NCBI GenBank assembly: GCA_963422645.2 | Contig: CAXXVO010000014.1 | Span: forward strand, 160,001 to 224,000 | DNA length: 64,000 bases | DNA from: Alphaproteobacteria bacterium | Lineage (GTDB): Bacteria; Pseudomonadota; Alphaproteobacteria; UBA828 | Direction of reading: 5' to 3' | Shown: positions 61,007 through 64,000 of the stretch, one piece after another | Layout: every line of letters starts with the position of its first letter | Numbering within the stretch: position 1 is the stretch's first letter | Made by a program: the position numbers and the translations under genes | Notes under the pieces: model-generated | Told to the model about the DNA's origin: nothing | The model's database searches: none | The model's input: the letters and a program-made list of their open reading frames with translations, nothing else

Positions 61007-62536
61007 ATGGATATCGGCGCCGCCGAAATTTCGGCAATCCTGAAGGAACAGATCGCCAATTTCGGCTCCGAGGCCGATGTTGCCGAGGTTGGCCAAGTGC
61101 TCTCGGTCGGCGACGGCGTGGCCCGGGTCTACGGGCTGGACAATGTCCAGGCCGGCGAGATGGTCGAATTCCCCGGCGGAATCAGGGGGATGGCGCTGAA
61201 TCTTGAGACCGACAATGTCGGTATCGTGATCTTTGGCGAAGACCGCGACATCAAGGAAGGCGACATCGTCAAGCGCACCGGCACCATCGTCGACGTGCCG
61301 GTGGGCAAGGGGCTGCTCGGCCGCGTCGTCGACCCGCTCGGCAATCCGCTCGACGGCAAGGGCCCGATCGAGGCCACGGAGCGCCGCCGGGTCGAGGTCA
61401 AGGCCCCCAGCATCATCCCGCGCCGCTCGGTGCACGAGCCGGTGCAGACCGGGCTCAAGGCGCTCGACGCGCTGGTGCCCATCGGGCGCGGCCAACGGGA
61501 GCTCATCATCGGCGACCGCCAGACCGGCAAGACCGCCGTCGCGCTCGACACCATCATCAATCAGAAAGAGGTCAACGCCGGCGACGACGAATCGCGCAAG
61601 CTCTACTGCATCTATGTCGCGGTTGGGCAGAAGCGCTCGACCGTCGCGCAGATCGTCAAGACGCTGGAGGAGAACGGCGCGCTCGACTATTCCATCGTGG
61701 TCTCCGCCTCCGCCTCCGAGCCCGCGCCGCTGCAGTTCCTCGCACCCTATGCCGGCTGCACCATGGGTGAGTACTTCCGCGACAACGGCATGCACGCGGT
61801 GATCTTCTACGACGATCTCTCGAAGCAGGCCGTGGCCTACCGCCAGATGTCGCTGCTCCTTCGCCGCCCGCCGGGGCGCGAGGCCTATCCGGGCGACGTC
61901 TTCTACCTCCATTCGCGCCTGCTCGAGCGCGCGGCCAAGATGAACGAGGCCAACGGTTCTGGCTCGCTCACCGCGATGCCGGTGATCGAGACCCAGGCGA
62001 GTGACGTCTCGGCCTATATCCCGACCAACGTCATTTCGATCACGGACGGGCAGATCTTCCTCGAGACCGAGCTCTTCTATCAGGGCATTCGGCCGGCGAT
62101 TAACGTCGGCCTCTCGGTGAGCAGGGTGGGCTCCGCCGCCCAGGTGAAGGCGATGAGGCAGGTGGCCGGCCGGATCAAGCTGGAACTTGCGCAGTATCGC
62201 GAGATGGCGGCCTTCGCGCAGTTCGGCTCCGACCTCGATGCGGCGACGCAGCGGCTCCTCAATCGCGGCGCGCGGCTGACCGAGCTCCTCAAGCAGGACC
62301 AGTTCTCGCCGATGGCGGTGGAGGAACAGGTGGTCTCGATCTTCTCCGGCGTGCGCGGCTATCTCGACGGCATCGAGGTAGGCGACGTGAACCGCTTCGA
62401 GCGCAAGTTCCTCGGCGAGATGCGGGCCAACCACGGCGCCTTGTTGGAGCAGATTCGCACCTCGCAGGAGATGAGCGGAGAGAGCGACAAGGCGCTCACC
62501 GCGATCCTCGACGAATTCGCGAAGAAATTCGCCTAA
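61007..62536 (+). CDS. atpA: ATP synthase F1 alpha subunit
   Basis: [31 protein letters not shown]. Confidence 0.99.
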   Translation: MDIGAAEISAILKEQIANFGSEADVAEVGQVLSVGDGVARVYGLDNVQAGEMVEFPGGIRGMALNLETDNVGIVIFGEDRDIKEGDIVKRTGTIVDVPVGKGLLGRVVDPLGNPLDGKGPIEATERRRVEVKAPSIIPRRSVHEPVQTGLKALDALVPIGRGQRELIIGDRQTGKTAVALDTIINQKEVNAGDDESRKLYCIYVAVGQKRSTVAQIVKTLEENGALDYSIVVSASASEPAPLQFLAPYAGCTMGEYFRDNGMHAVIFYDDLSKQAVAYRQMSLLLRRPPGREAYPGDVFYLHSRLLERAAKMNEANGSGSLTAMPVIETQASDVSAYIPTNVISITDGQIFLETELFYQGIRPAINVGLSVSRVGSAAQVKAMRQVAGRIKLELAQYREMAAFAQFGSDLDAATQRLLNRGARLTELLKQDQFSPMAVEEQVVSIFSGVRGYLDGIEVGDVNRFERKFLGEMRANHGALLEQIRTSQEMSGESDKALTAILDEFAKKFA

Positions 62537-62570
62537 GTTGCGGCGGTAAAGGAAGAAACAGGCCTCCGCG

Positions 62571-64000
<1,430 letters not shown>

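Overview
High-GC alphaproteobacterial chromosome segment. The housekeeping backbone comprises hydantoinase B, petABC, fhs, icd, LOG, a diheme cytochrome c, a giant acidic-repeat LysM protein, an FprA-type reductase, a sugar ABC transporter, korAB, ybbP-ybbA-tesA, thpR, a split transketolase and atpHAGD. Two accessory zones interrupt it. (1) 6.1-18.3 kb: a lipoprotein S8 protease gene cut into three in-frame pieces by about 10 kb of stacked insertion sequences. (2) 43.3-58.4 kb: a truncated DUF4238 gene, an IS mosaic and a Mu-like head module (protease/scaffold, cement, major capsid) plus fibre-like genes, with no portal, terminase or tail genes. The most striking system is a two-gene IS66-family element found as two diverged copies (6768-9002, 49682-52189; both with 8-bp target duplications) plus a left-end fragment. 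In it, a compact Dam-like N6-adenine methyltransferase that appears to lack the usual target-recognition domain occupies the tnpA/tnpB position and overlaps the transposase start (GTGA). Both copies conserve an upstream promoter, an ATAG-N10-CTAT palindrome and an RBS-sequestering hairpin. A second, unclassified DDE IS always sits in ANNNT sites and appears to complete its stop codon with a target base. Several frameshifts may be long-read errors. All calls come from reading the sequence; no database searches were run.
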